This document shows, one piece after another, positions 12,069 through 29,715 of a stretch of DNA of 64,000 nt. A program made the translations under genes and the position numbers. How positions within the stretch are numbered: the first letter of the stretch is position 1; each line of letters starts with the position of its first letter. Source of the DNA: the human T2T-CHM13v2.0 reference genome, Homo sapiens; the NCBI RefSeq assembly GCF_009914755.1, contig NC_060938.1; one strand, given 5' to 3'. The notes beneath the pieces were generated by a model. It searched no databases. It saw only the letters and a program-made list of their open reading frames with translations, and was not told where the DNA came from.

Positions 12069-12800
12069 TATACCTATAATCTCAGTTTGAATTAAACAGT
12101 AGTCTCTAGGACCCCTCTGTGTAGGGGATCTTGTTACATGTTGTGGTTGTTCAAAGGCCAAGTATTTTCAAAGAAAACCCACTGAGATAAGTTGGATGAG
12201 TGACTGCCATAGCAGTCAATATGACACCTTTGTCACTTTTTTTCATATCCTAATAGTCTAATATTTTTCCTCAAGAAAAGGTATATGCTGCGGTTTGAAT
12301 GTGTCTCCAAAACAGCATACTTAAGTAGTAGTTTACTTAATGGCCATTATAAACTATTAAAAGGTAGGACCTGTAAGAGGTGATCAGCCCATGAGGGCCC
12401 TGCCCTCATGAATGATTAATGCCATTATCAAGAGAAGTGGGTTTGTTATTGCAGGAGTAGGTTCTTTATAAGAAGACAAGTTCAGCCCCCATTTGTCTCT
12501 CTGTCACCCTCTCTTTGCCCTTCCACCATGCAATGATGCAGCAAGAAGGCCCTCACCAGATGCTGGCCCCTTGATTTTGGACTTAGCCCCCAGAACTGTG
12601 AAAAATAAATTTCTGTTCATTGTAAATTATCTAGTCTGTGGTATTTGGTTATACCAGGACAAAATGGACTAAGACAGAAGATTGGTACTAGGAGTGTGGT
12701 GATTGTTATAATAAATACCTGAAAATATGGAAGTGGCTTTGGTATTGGGTGATGGGTAAAGGCTGGAAGAATCTGGAGTAGCAGGCTAACAAAAGCTTAG

Positions 12801-13389
<589 letters not shown>

Positions 13390-15349
13390 AGTAAAGGCCA
13401 TTCTGATGAGGTATCAGACAGAAGAGATGAATATCTTATTGGAAACTGAAGTAAAGGCCATGATTGTTATGAAGTGGCAAACAACTTGGTTGAATTGCAT
13501 CCACGCCTTGAGGTCTTGTGAAAAGCAGAATTTAAGAGCAATGAACTAGGATATCTGGTAGAAGAAATTTTAAACCATGACATCGAAGAACTGTGCGGCT
13601 TCTTTTAACTGCATACAGTAAAATGAGAGAAGAGAGAAATAATTTAAAGATGGGATCTATAATTAAAAGGGATCTGAAGGATTCTCAGCCTGGTTGCCTG
13701 GTAGAGAAAGAAAGAGAGCATTTTCTGGAGAGGAAATGTGTGGCTAAGCAACCATTTGATAAGGAGATTAGTATGAATAGAAGAAAGCCAGATACTATTC
13801 ATCAAGACAATGGGAGAATGACCCCGAGGGGATTTTGGAGATTTTTAAGGCTGCCCCTCCCATCACAATCCCGGAGCTCTAGGAGGGCAGATGGTTTCCA
13901 GGGACAGACCCAGGGTACCATCCACAGGCTGACTTTCCAGGGCCACTCAGGACGCTACCTTCTGCATCCCAGAGGAGCATTTCTCTGCCACCCAGTCATA
14001 GCTCAAGCAGGCCCAGGTGTGACTCATGTTGCCACTCTAGAGGCACGAGTAGTAAGCCTTGGTGGTGCCCACATAGTGCTAATTCTGCAGGCATGCAGAA
14101 TGTATGAGCTCTTAGGCCATGGTAGCCTCCACCTAGATTTGAAAGGATATATTGGATAGCCTGGACATCCAGGCAGAAATTTATCACAGGGGCAGAGCCA
14201 TGGCAGAGAGCCCCATCTAGGGCAATGCTTACTGGAACTGTGGGGTTGCAGCTGCCACAGAGAGTCCCCTCTACACCTAGTATAGGTGTCATGGCAGGGT
14301 CACTTGAGACTCCAGAACTGCAGAGCAACCAATGTGCAGCCCCAGCCTCGGACAGCTGAAGCAGCAAGGCTAACCCGTAAGAGCTGCTGTGAGGGTGAGA
14401 CTAGCAAAGCCATGGGGTTGGAGCTTCCCAAGGTCTTCTGGGTACAACCCCTGCCTTAGTGTGAACAGAAGGTGGAAATGGAGTAAAAGGAGGTTATTCT
14501 GGAGCCTTATTTGAGGTTGTTTTCCCTGTTGAGTTTTGGACTAACTTGGGATCAGTTACTCCTTTCTTTTTTATTTCTCCCTTTTGGAATGGGAATGTCT
14601 ATCCTATGCCTTTCCTATCATTGTATTTTGGAGGCACATAACTTGTTTAATTTTATAGGCTCACAACTAACAGGGAATTTGCTTTAGGATGAATCATGCC
14701 TTGAGTCTCACTCATATATGATTTAGATGAGACTCTGGACTTTGGACTTTTAAGTTGATGCTAGAATGAGTTAACACTTTGCAGCTATTGGGATGGAATA
14801 ATGTATTTATATGTGAGAAGGACATGAATTTGGGGGGCTGGGGCCAGAATGCTATGGTTTGAACATGTCCCAAAAAATACATGTGTTGGAAACTTAATGA
14901 CCATTGTGATAGTATTAAGAGGTGGGATCTTTAAGAATTGATTTAGGCCATAAGAGCTCATCTGTCATGAATGGATTAATGCTGTTATTGTGAAAGTGAG
15001 TTTGTTATCACAGGAGTGAGTTCCTTATAAAAATTTGAGTTTTGTTTCTTTTTCACCTTCTCTTTGCCCTTCCACCATGGGATGATGCAGCAAAAAGGCC
15101 ATGGCAAGATGATGTCCTCTCAATCTTGGACTTTCCAGCATACAGGACTATGAGAAATAAATTTCTGTTCATTATAAATTACCCAGTCTGTGGTATTCAG
15201 TTATAGCAGCACAAAATGGACTAAGACAATATGTATTACAACTTAAAATATTTAGTAATAAATCTTCTAGAGACTGTAATTGTAATAATAATCCTTTGTG
15301 TGTCCTCTAGCCACAGACACAATCCTCTTCTAACTCTTCCAATTTTTTT

Positions 15350-15720
15350 GCATTTTAAATTTTTTTTAATTTTTACTTTTTATTGTGGTAAGACCACTTA
15401 ACATGAGATCTATCCTTTTGACAAACAGTCTAAGAACACAGTACCTTATTAACTGTATGCACATTGTCATACAGCAGATGTCTGGAACTTATTCGCATTG
15501 CATAACTGAAACGGTGTATCCATTGAAAGAGAACTCCCCATTTTCCACTTCTCCCAATCCCTGGAAATCATCATTCATCATTCTACTCTGTTTCTATCTT
15601 TTTGACTATTTTAGATACCTCATAAGTGGACTCATATAATATTCGTTTTCTATGACTGGCTTATGTCACCTAGCATAATGTCCCCCAGGTTCATCCATGT
15701 TGCATATGGCAGGATTTTCT
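15350..15720 (-). mobile_element. L1MA9/10-like LINE 3' end (left piece; continues at 21871-21985)
   Basis: gtggtaagaccacttaacatgagatctatcc...tacagcagatgtctggaacttatt matches L1MA9-type 3' UTR; resumes as ccacattttctttatccatt...cataccttggctattgt after the L1PA. Confidence 0.75.
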
Positions 15721-15950
15721 TTATATATATATATATATATATAATTATTATACTTTAAGTTCTAGGGTACATGTGCACAACGTGCAGGTTTGTTACATAT
15801 GTATACATGTGCCATGTTGGTGTGCTGCACCCATTAACTCGTCATTTACATTAGGTATATCTCCTAATGCTGTCCCTCCCCACTCCCCCCACCCCACGAC
15901 AGGCCCCAGTGTGTGATCTTCCCCTTCCTGTGTCCAAGTGTTCTCCTTGT

Positions 15951-19770
<3,820 letters not shown>

Positions 19771-19830
19771 TATGTTAGCTGGTTATTTTGCTCATTAGTT
19801 GATGCAGTTTCTTCCTGGCATCGATGGTCT

Positions 19831-20845
19831 TTACAATTTGGCGTGCTTTTGCAGTGGCTGGTACCAGTTATTCCTTTCCATGTTTAGTGTTTCCTTCAGG
19901 AGCTCTTTTAGGGCAGGCCTGGTGGTGACAAAATCTCTCAGCATTTGCTTGTCTGTAAAGTATTTTATTTTTCCTTCACTTATGAAGCTTAGTTTGGCTG
20001 GATATGAAATTCTGGGCTGAAAATTCTTTCTTTAAGAATGTTGAATATTGGCCCCCACTCTCTTCTAGCTTGTAGAGTTTCTGCTGAGAGATCAGCTGTT
20101 AGTTTGATGGGCTTCCCTTTGTGGGTAACCTGACCTTTCTCTCTGGCTGCCCTTAACATTTTTTCCTTTATTTCAACTTTGGTGAATCTGACAATTATGT
20201 GTCTTGGAGTTGCTCTTCTTGAGGAGTATCTTTGTGGCGTTCTCTGTATTTCCTGAATTGAATGTTGGCCTGCCTTGCTAGGTTGGAGAAGTTCTCCTGG
20301 GTAATATCCTGCAGAGTGTTTTCCAACTTGGTTCCATTCTCCCCATCACTTTCAGGTACACCAATCAGACGTAGATTTGGTCTTTTCACATAGTCCCATA
20401 TTTCTTGGAGGCTTTGTTCATTTCTTTTTATTCTTTTTTCTCTAAACTTCTCTTCTTGCTTTATTTCATTCATTTGATCTTCAATCGCTGATACCCTTTC
20501 TTCCAGTTGATCGACTCGGCTACTGAAGCTTATGCATTCATCACGTAGTTCTCATGCCATGGTTCTCAGCTCCATCAGGTCATTTAAGGACTTCTCTACA
20601 CTGGTTATTCTAGTTAGCCATTCGTCTAATCTTTTTTCAAGGTTTTTAGCTTCTTTGCGATGGGCTTGAACTTCCTCCTTTAGCTCGGAGAAGTTTGATC
20701 ATCTGAAGCCTTCTTCTCTCAACTCGTCAAGGTCATTCTCCGTCCAGCTTTGTTCCATTGCTGGCGAGGAGCTGCGTTCCTTTGGAGGGGAAGAGGCACT
20801 CTGATTTTTAGAATTTTCAGCTTTTCTGCTCTGTTTTTTCCCCAT
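19831..20845 (-). pseudogene. L1 ORF1, disrupted
   Basis: MGKKQSRKAENSKNQSASSPPKERSSSP...DELREEGFR then a stop; REKRIKRNEQSLQEIWDYVKRPNLRLIGVPE in a separate ORF. Confidence 0.93.
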
Positions 20846-21417
20846 CTTTGTGGTTTTATCTACTTTTGGTCTTTGATGATGGTGATGTACAGATGGGGTT
20901 TTGGTGTGGATGTTCTTTCTGTTTGTTAGTTTTCCTTCTAACAGGACCCTCAGCTGTAGGTCTGTTGGTGTTTGCTGGATGTCCACTCCAGACCCTGTTT
21001 GCCTGGGTATCTGCAGCGGAGGCTGCAGAACACTGAATATTGCTAAACAGCAAATGTTGCTGCCTCATCGTTCCTCTGGAAGCTTCGTCTCACAGGGGTA
21101 CCTGGCCATGTGAAGTGTCAGTCTGCCCCTACTGGGGGGTGCCTCCCAGTTAAGCTACTCGGGGGTCAGGGACCCACTTGAGGAGGCAGTCTGTCTGTTC
21201 TCAGATCTCAAACTCTGTGCTGGGAGAACCACTACTCTCTTCAAAACTGTCAGACAGGGACATTTAAGTCTGCAGAGGTTTCTGCTGCCTTTTGTTCAGC
21301 TATGTCCTGCCCCCCAGAGGTGGAGTCTACAGAAGCAGGCAGGCCTCCTTGAGCTGCTGTGGGCTCCACCCAGTTTGAGCTTCCCCGCCACTTTGTTTAC
21401 CTATTCAAGCCTCAGCA

Positions 21418-21600
21418 ATGGCAGGTGCCTCTCCCCCAGCCTCGCTGCTGCCTTGCAGTTCAATCTCAGACTGTTGTGCTAGCAATGAGCGAGGCTCCAT
21501 GGGCATGGGATCCTCCAAGCCAGGCGTGCGTTATAATCTCCTGGTGTGTCATTTGCTAAGACCATTGGAAAAGCGCAGTATTAGGGTGAGAGTGACCTGA
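21418..21600 (+). pseudogene. L1 ORF0 (antisense 5' UTR ORF), truncated at 60 aa
   Basis: MAGASPPASLLPCSSISDCCASNERGS... matches primate L1 ORF0 (MAGAPPPASLPPCSLISDCCASN...); premature TGA at codon 61. Confidence 0.85.
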
Positions 21601-21870
21601 TTTTCCAGGTGCTGTCGGTCACAGCTTCCCTTGGCTAGGAAAGAGAATTCCCCGACCCCTTGCACTTCCCGGGTGAGGCGATGCCTCGCCCTGCTTCACC
21701 TTATGCTCGGTGGGCTGCACCCACTGTCCTGCACCCACTGTCTGACAAGCCCCGGTGAGATGAACCCGGTACCTGAGTTGGAAATGCAGAAATCACCCGT
21801 CTTCTGCATTGCTCATGCTGGGAGCTGTAGACTGGAGCTGTTCCTATTCAGCCATCTTGGAACCGCCCCA

Positions 21871-21985
21871 CCACATTTTCTTTATCCATTTATTTGTTGA
21901 TACACCTTTAGATTGTTTCCATACCTTGGCTATTGTAAATAATGCTACAATGAACATGGGTGTGCTGATATCTCTTTGGGATAAG
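21871..21985 (-). mobile_element. L1MA9/10-like fragment (right piece)
   Basis: ccacattttctttatccatt...ttccataccttggctattgtaaataatgctacaatgaacatggg continues the element at 15350-15720. Confidence 0.7.
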
Positions 21986-21989
21986 TTTA

Positions 21990-24497
21990 CAAGTTTTAAA
22001 ATATAATTTCAACTTTTATTTTAGATTCAGGAACATATGTGCAGGTTTGTTACATGGGTATGTTACGAGATGCTGAAGTTTGAGGTGCGAATAATCCCAT
22101 CACCCGGGTAGTAAGCATAGTACCCCATAGGTGTTGTTTTAAACCCTTTCCCCCATCCTCCTCTTCCCCATCTAGTTCCCAGTGTCTATTATTCTCATCT
22201 TTATGTCCATGGGTACCCTGTACTTAGCTCCCACTTATAAGTGAGAACATGCGGTATTTGGTTTTCTGGTCCTATGTTAATTCACTTAGGATAATGGCCT
22301 CCAGCTGCATCCATGTTGCTGCAAACGATATGACTTCATTCTTTTTTATGGCTGTATATGTACCGCATTTTCTTTATCCAGTCCACCATTGATGGGCACC
22401 TAGGTTGATTCCATGTCTTTACTATTGTGAATAGTGCTGCAATGAACATCTAAGTACATGTGGTTTTTGGTTTTTTTTTTTTTTTTTGGGAGAACAATTT
22501 ATTTTCCTTTGGGTATATACCCAGCAATGGGATTGCTAAGTCAAATGATAGTTTTTAAGTTCTTTGCAAAATCTCCAAACTGCTTTCTACAGTGGCTGAA
22601 CTATCTACATTCCCACCAACAGTGTATGAGCATTTTCTTCTCTCCACAGCCTCACCAGCATCTGTTGCTTTTTAACTTTTTAATAAAGCCATTCTGACTG
22701 GTGTGAGATGGTATCTCATTGTGGTTTTGATTTACATTTCTCTGATGATTAGTAATTTTGAGCATTTTTTCATGTATTTGTTGGCTACCTGTGTATCTTC
22801 TTTTGGGAACTGTCTGTTCATGTATTTTGCCCATTTTTTAATGGGGTTATTTATTTTTTGCTTGTTGAATTGTTTAAGTTCCTTATAGATTCTGGATATT
22901 AGACCTTTGTCAGATGCATAGTTTGTAAATATTTTCTCCAATTCTGTAGGTTGTCTGTTTACTCTGTTGTTAGTTTCTTTTGCTGTTCAGAAGCTCTTTA
23001 ATTAGGTTTTGTTTGTCAATTTTTGTTTTTGTTCCATTTGCTTTTGAGGGCTTAGTCATAAATTCTTTCTCAAGGCCAACATCAGAATGGTATTTCCTAG
23101 ATTTTCTTCTAGGATTCTTATAGTTTGAGGGCCTACATTTAAGCATTTAATCCACCTTGAGTTAATTTTTATATATGGTAAAATGTAGGGGTCTAGTTTT
23201 ATTCTTCTGCCTATGGCTACCCAGCTATCCCAGCACCATGTATTGACTAGGGAGTCTTTTCCCCATTGCTTATTTTTCTCAACTTTGCTGAAGATCAGAT
23301 GACTGTAGGTGTGCAGCTTTATTTCTGAATTCTCTATTCTGTTCCATTGGTCTGTATGTCTATTTTTGTAGCAGTAGCATGGCGTTTGGGTTACTGTAGC
23401 ATTATAGTATAGTTTAAAGTCAGGTAATGTGATGCTTCTGGCTTTGTTATCTCTGCTTAGGATTGCTTTGTCTATTCAGGCTGCTTTTTGGTTCCATGTG
23501 AATTTTAGGACAGTTTTTTGTAATTCTGTGAAGAATTATGTTGGTAGTTTGATAGGAATTGTGTTGAATCTGCAGGTTTCTTTGCACAGTATGGCCATTT
23601 TAATGATATTGATTATTCTAATCCATGAACATGGAATGTGTTTTGGCGGGGGGATCCTCTCTGATTTCTTTTAGCAGTTACTTGTAGTTCTCCTTGTTGA
23701 GATATTTCACTTCCCTAGTTTGATGTATTCCTAGGTGTTTTTTGTTGTTGTGACTACTGTAAATGGGATTGTGTTCTTGATTTGGCTCTGAGCTTGAACA
23801 TTATTGGTGTATAGGAATGCTACTAATTTTCTGTACATTGATTTTGTATCCTGAAACTTACTGAAGTCATTTATCAGCTGTAGGAGGCTTTAGTGGAGTC
23901 TTTAGGGTTTTCTCAGTATATGATCATATTGTCAGTAAAGAGGGATAATTTGACTTATTGTTTTCTTACTTGGATCCCTATTATTTCTTTCTTTTGCCTG
24001 ACTGCTCTGGCTAGGACTTCCAGTACTATGTTGAATAGGAGTGGTGAGAGTGGGCATCTTTGTCCTATTCCTGTTCTTAAAGAGAATGCTTCTAACTTTT
24101 GCCCATTCAGTATGATGTTGGCTGTGGGTTTGTTATAGATGACTCTATTTTGAGATATGTTACTTATATGCCTAATTTGTTGAGGATTTTTTCATGAAGG
24201 AATATGGATTTTCTCAGAAGCTTCCGCATCTATTGAGATGATCATATGGTTTTTCTCTTGAATTCTGTTTATGTGATGAATCATAAATATCGATTTGCAT
24301 ATGTTGAACCAACCTTGCACCTCAGAAATGAAGCTTACTTGATCGTGGTGAATTAACTTTTTTATGTACTACTGGATTTGGTTTCCTACTGTTTTGTTGA
24401 GGATTTTTTCACATATGTCCATCAGGGCCTGAAGTTTTCCTTTTTCATTGTGTCTTTGCCAGATTTTGGCTTCAGGCTGATGCTAGCTTTGTAGAAC
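21990..24497 (-). mobile_element. 5'-truncated L1PA13-16-type LINE-1 (3' UTR plus 3' part of ORF2)
   Basis: ttcaacttttattttagattcagg...cccatcacccgggtagtaagcatagtaccc 3' UTR; ORF2 remnant [24 protein letters not shown]. Confidence 0.9.
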
Positions 24498-24574
24498 GTA
24501 ACTCTTCTATTTTTATCTAGACAAGACAACTAAGTGTTCTTTATGTTGAACACCTCCCCTTTCCCTCCATTCCT

Positions 24575-25400
24575 GCCTCATTTTTTCATCCTTCATATCC
24601 TTTCTGGGTACATATGTGTGCCAAATGCTGGGAAAAGTAAGTCAAATAAAGCTCAGTTTCCTTCTATGAAGAGCCATAGTAGTAGAGGAGAATACCCAGT
24701 GTTAATAGAGGGAAGCATACAGGCAAATAAATATAAGAAGGAATTGAAGGAATTGTGGAAGAGGACAGTGTAGCTATCGTTGTTGGGATGGTCAGAACAC
24801 TCACAAGGAAGTGATGGCCAGAGAAGGATTCAGAAGAGGGTGTGATACTGGAAACAAAACTTGAAAAGTGCATTGGTATTTGCTTGATAGATGAAGTAGG
24901 AGACTGAGGAAGATGTTTGAACAAAGGCTCTGAGGTGGGAACTACAAATGGTCCTTCTTTAGTGCTACAGGGGAGCACTAAATGTGTCTGTACAATGAGT
25001 AGGGATCGGGGAGGATGGGGCCTGTATGTAGTTAAAGATAAAGTAAGGAAAGGAAAGACAAACCAGACTCAGTCCTGCAGGTTTTCAGAAGCCCCACTAA
25101 GGAACTTCCAGCAAGCCTGCGACATCAGATTTGTACCTTCCAAGTCTCCCTTTGGCAAGAGTTTTCCATACAGATTTGGAGGGATTTGAAATAAGATGCA
25201 AAGAAATGAGGGCCTGAACCAAGACAGTGGATATTGAGAGGGAAAAGAGGGAAGAGTTATGAGATGGTTAGGAGGCAGGATCCACAACATTTAAGCACAA
25301 AGAGGAGATCTGGAAGGGTGTGGGAAGGGGGTTGTTCCTGAGGCAAATGAGTGAGTGGATGAGGTTTTACTCACTGAAACAGGCTGGTAAAGGAGAAAAA
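24575..25400 (-). mobile_element. L2 LINE fragment (degenerate)
   Basis: tatgtgtgccaaatgctggg...aacaaaggctctgaggtggga...gagggcctgaaccaagacagtgg are typical antisense L2 motifs. Confidence 0.55.
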
Positions 25401-26128
25401 GGAGGCCTGGGAGGGAGGCAAGAGCTGGCCCTGCTTGGAACATGCGTTGTTTCCTGCTTACGTGGACAGTGTATGGCTGCTTCCATTCTTCCATCCAGGC
25501 CTCAATGACTGCCATCAAGAATTAGGTTGGAGATCAGAAATGATTTCTTATAATTGCACAGAATCTTTAGTCAACATTTTGTCTTCCCCTGCCTCCCACC
25601 ACTGTTTATAGCACATCATGTCATCTCCACTCTCAATGCCATTTCCTTATTTCGGATCCCTGGCTTCTGTATAGAGACAATGGTTATCAGAGTGTGGGAA
25701 AAATGAAAAGTTAAGAGACGCCTTCTGCAGAAAGGGAAGATGCAAACTATTTTCAGTAAAGCGCCTGAGCTGAGAGAGGAGAGGGCCCTATGGAGAGCTA
25801 TGTCTCCCTCTCCACTGAATTCTAGCAAATGTAAAGTCCAGGGGAGTGGCATCCGTAGCTAATTTGCAGAAATACCAGTACAGGCTTCAAAGTTTTCTGA
25901 AAGACCCACATCTGCAAATTGGGAATCAGGAATCCTTGCTTTCGTGGGTCATGCCAGTCAGTGGATTGTTTGCTCTCAGATCCGCTCCCTGCCCTTCCCC
26001 TGCTCTACTTGATACCACAGGGAACTGACCTTTACAATTTGCATTTCCCAGTCTCCCTTTCCATTGAGTCTGGTTAGTTTGGAGAGGAGGGATGAAGGGC
26101 AGAAGTATGAGAGAAGCCATGTATTTTT

Positions 26129-26129
<1 letters not shown>

Positions 26130-26167
<38 letters not shown>

Positions 26168-26177
26168 CACACACACA
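26130..26177. repeat. (CA)n microsatellite
   Basis: Directly visible, interrupted by ctct. Confidence 0.97.
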
Positions 26178-26199
26178 TTCCTCTGCCTTGCTTCCAGTG

Positions 26200-26485
26200 G
26201 TGTCCCAGGCAGTGACATTAGTTCCTCTCCATGATCCCTTTGCTGTCCCCACTCTAGTTGGGCAGCTCCAGCCTCTGGGCTCTAGTAACAGCATCTCATC
26301 CTTGATTCCTCCAGCCCTGGGGATGGTGGTAGCTTCTTGTTGTTGCTAATCTCTGGGTTGACTCATTGTCCCCTATTTTCATTTCAGCTCTTCTAACACA
26401 TTTGTAACTAATTCCCCAAATTGAATGCTCTCTCTTGAACTACCAGGATATGTCCCATTTTACTGATGGACCTTGACAGATAACA
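26200..26485 (+). mobile_element. LTR33-like ERVL LTR (3' part)
   Basis: ggtggtagcttcttgttgttgctaatctctgggttg...ctgatggaccttgacagataaca resembles the LTR33 3' end. Confidence 0.6.
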
Positions 26486-27434
26486 GGTCTACATAAGCAC
26501 CCTGGTTGGTACATGGTTAATATAAGACCCCCAATCTCTTCTCTATTGTCCCTGTTCCCCCAAAGGACTCTTCTGTCTACCATGGTTCTCCATCCCTCAG
26601 AGTTGGGCTCCTGGCCTGGACTGTCTTGAAGGGCAAACATTTGTGCTGTGCTTCCTGAATGGCATGAGAAAAGGAGCTCTTTTGGCCTAGCCTCCTTCCT
26701 GTAGGATTTTCCAAAACTTTCCAGATGTATCTAAGCTCAGGAAACATTTTAATGGCTGGAAATAATGTCTCATGGGGGTTGGGGGTTTGAAACCAACAGA
26801 ACCTTCTCCAAAAGAGGTGTGTTGAAATGTTCCAGGGTCTGTATGCACACATCCAAACCCTGCCCCTCCCCTGTTGAAAGCATGGCAGGCTCCCACCCTT
26901 TAATTGGTTCATGTCGTAGAAGAGTTGGCATTCTCTGAATGCCCTAATGACATGGAGCAGAGGAACAGCTCCAAAGGCCAGAACTCTCTCCAGGAGGGAA
27001 AGGATTATTAAGCGGTTAGTGATGTATTTGGATTCTAATTCAGATTCCACCTCAGATTCTGTAAAGAGACTCCTATAACCCTCTTCTTTTGACCTTATTT
27101 GGCTAGTAATAATGGTTGTAAGATTGATCTAAATCATAATAAATGTTGTCTAAGGCTGCTCTTACTGACTTAATGAATTGGAGCATTCTGAGTTTTTTGT
27201 GAGGATAGGCATTATCCAACTGCAGAATACATATTGATTCTTTTTCAAACAGGCTGTGGCTTTTACTTTGCAATGTTGCCCACATTTCATGACAACTTTC
27301 AGAACAAACTCTGTTGAGGGATGAAGATTATTGCTATCTGAATGCATTCATCAAAGAAAAGTAGAAGTGGAAGAACTATACTTCTGCCTTCTCATATTCT
27401 TCAGCATTGGGCCAAGAGTAGAAAGTAACCATCA

Positions 27435-27747
<313 letters not shown>

Positions 27748-28236
27748 AGAAAGTAACCATCATTTCTAGTCTGTGGGGATCAAACTCCAGAAATTGCTAA
27801 ATTATTGCATGTTCTAATACTACAGGGAACAGCTGAAACCTCATCCTTTTGAGAACTGGACTTGAATCCAAGCCAATATTGATTTATTTGGGATGTGTCT
27901 TGCAAGTCCACAAATGCTTTAACACAGTAATCACTAACCAGGATACTTATGTAGTTGTTTGATGACTCATAGAACTTTATAGACCTTGGGGTCAGATATA
28001 TGTTTTATATGAAAAGAGCAAGATTTTAATGAAAAGGAAGTAGGTCATGTGCAACAATGTAACTACAGTTTCTGTGTCTCTGAAGTGTTCAGTTTTGTAT
28101 GACATTGTTAGTTCTTTCTTCTGACCAAGTTTCCTTCATTAGCCTACAAGGGAGCCTATGAAGTGAATTCACAGCACCAGAAATAACATGAGAAGACCAT
28201 AATTTTTTAATTATTTCAGAGATTAAGATTAATTTA

Positions 28237-28547
<311 letters not shown>

Positions 28548-28939
28548 TTATGGATTCTAGTATATAACATACATACATAAACTACTGTCTTCATATGTGG
28601 GTACCTGGAAAAATTTTTCCATTGCAAAAAAGATAATGTTATTCTAAAGTAAAATTCTAGCTCTGTTTCTAATTAGATATGTGATCTTGGACAAATGACT
28701 CTGAGTCACAGGTTCCTCTTCTATAAGAGAATTTCATGATCTAGAAGATGATTTCACTTTCTGGTTCTATGAAGAAGAAGCAATGCCATGCTATACCTCA
28801 GTTACTATTTTATACAGTGGGAAAAGTCTCATTATCAACGGGCGCTGGCCACATTGTTTGTGCTAAACCATAGGATATAACCCTAACACTCTGCTCAGTT
28901 ATTTATTTGGCTGACGACTTCCTCTTGTAATACTTCTTG

Positions 28940-29104
28940 ACAGGTGGTCAGAGGAATACCTCTTGGAATCCACTTGCAGAGCTTGTTAAAAATTCAGATT
29001 CCTGGACTTCCCAGACTAAATCAGCAGCTTTGGGGGTGGGTCTAGAAATCTGCATTTCTACATTGCTGGGCAATTCTTAAAGATACAAAGTCTGAGATCC
29101 ATGG
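28940..29104. mobile_element. MER5-type hAT-Charlie element
   Basis: gagcttgttaaaaattcagattcctgg...ggggtgggtctagaaatctgcattt...aaagtctgagatccatg. Confidence 0.7.
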
Positions 29105-29411
29105 CCAGTCAACAGCACGTAGTGTTAATATATTCTATGATGTGAATTACTTTAACTCTCTTTACTCTGCGTCCAGTCTGCAGGGTCTTAGCCCAGGGCC
29201 TACTACTGACTGGATGATTTGGTCACAACCTTTCTCTCTCTAGGACTGTTTTCTTATTTATGAAATATGGGGTCTGGAGTATTAGTCTCTAAGGAATCTT
29301 TGTGTTCTAACAGTTCATGAAAATAGTTCTCTAGCAGCATCTGAGAGAGTTACTGAAACTACCTTAACAAATCCTATTTCTTGAGTGCCTACTATGTAGT
29401 AGGCATTGTGC

Positions 29412-29715
<304 letters not shown>

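Noticed and set aside
26577-27050. 157-aa ORF (also the 153-aa ORF at 29920-30381 and 179-aa ORF at 47368-47907)
   Set aside because: No recognisable domain, non-coding-like composition, no supported splice structure; such lengths are expected occasionally by chance
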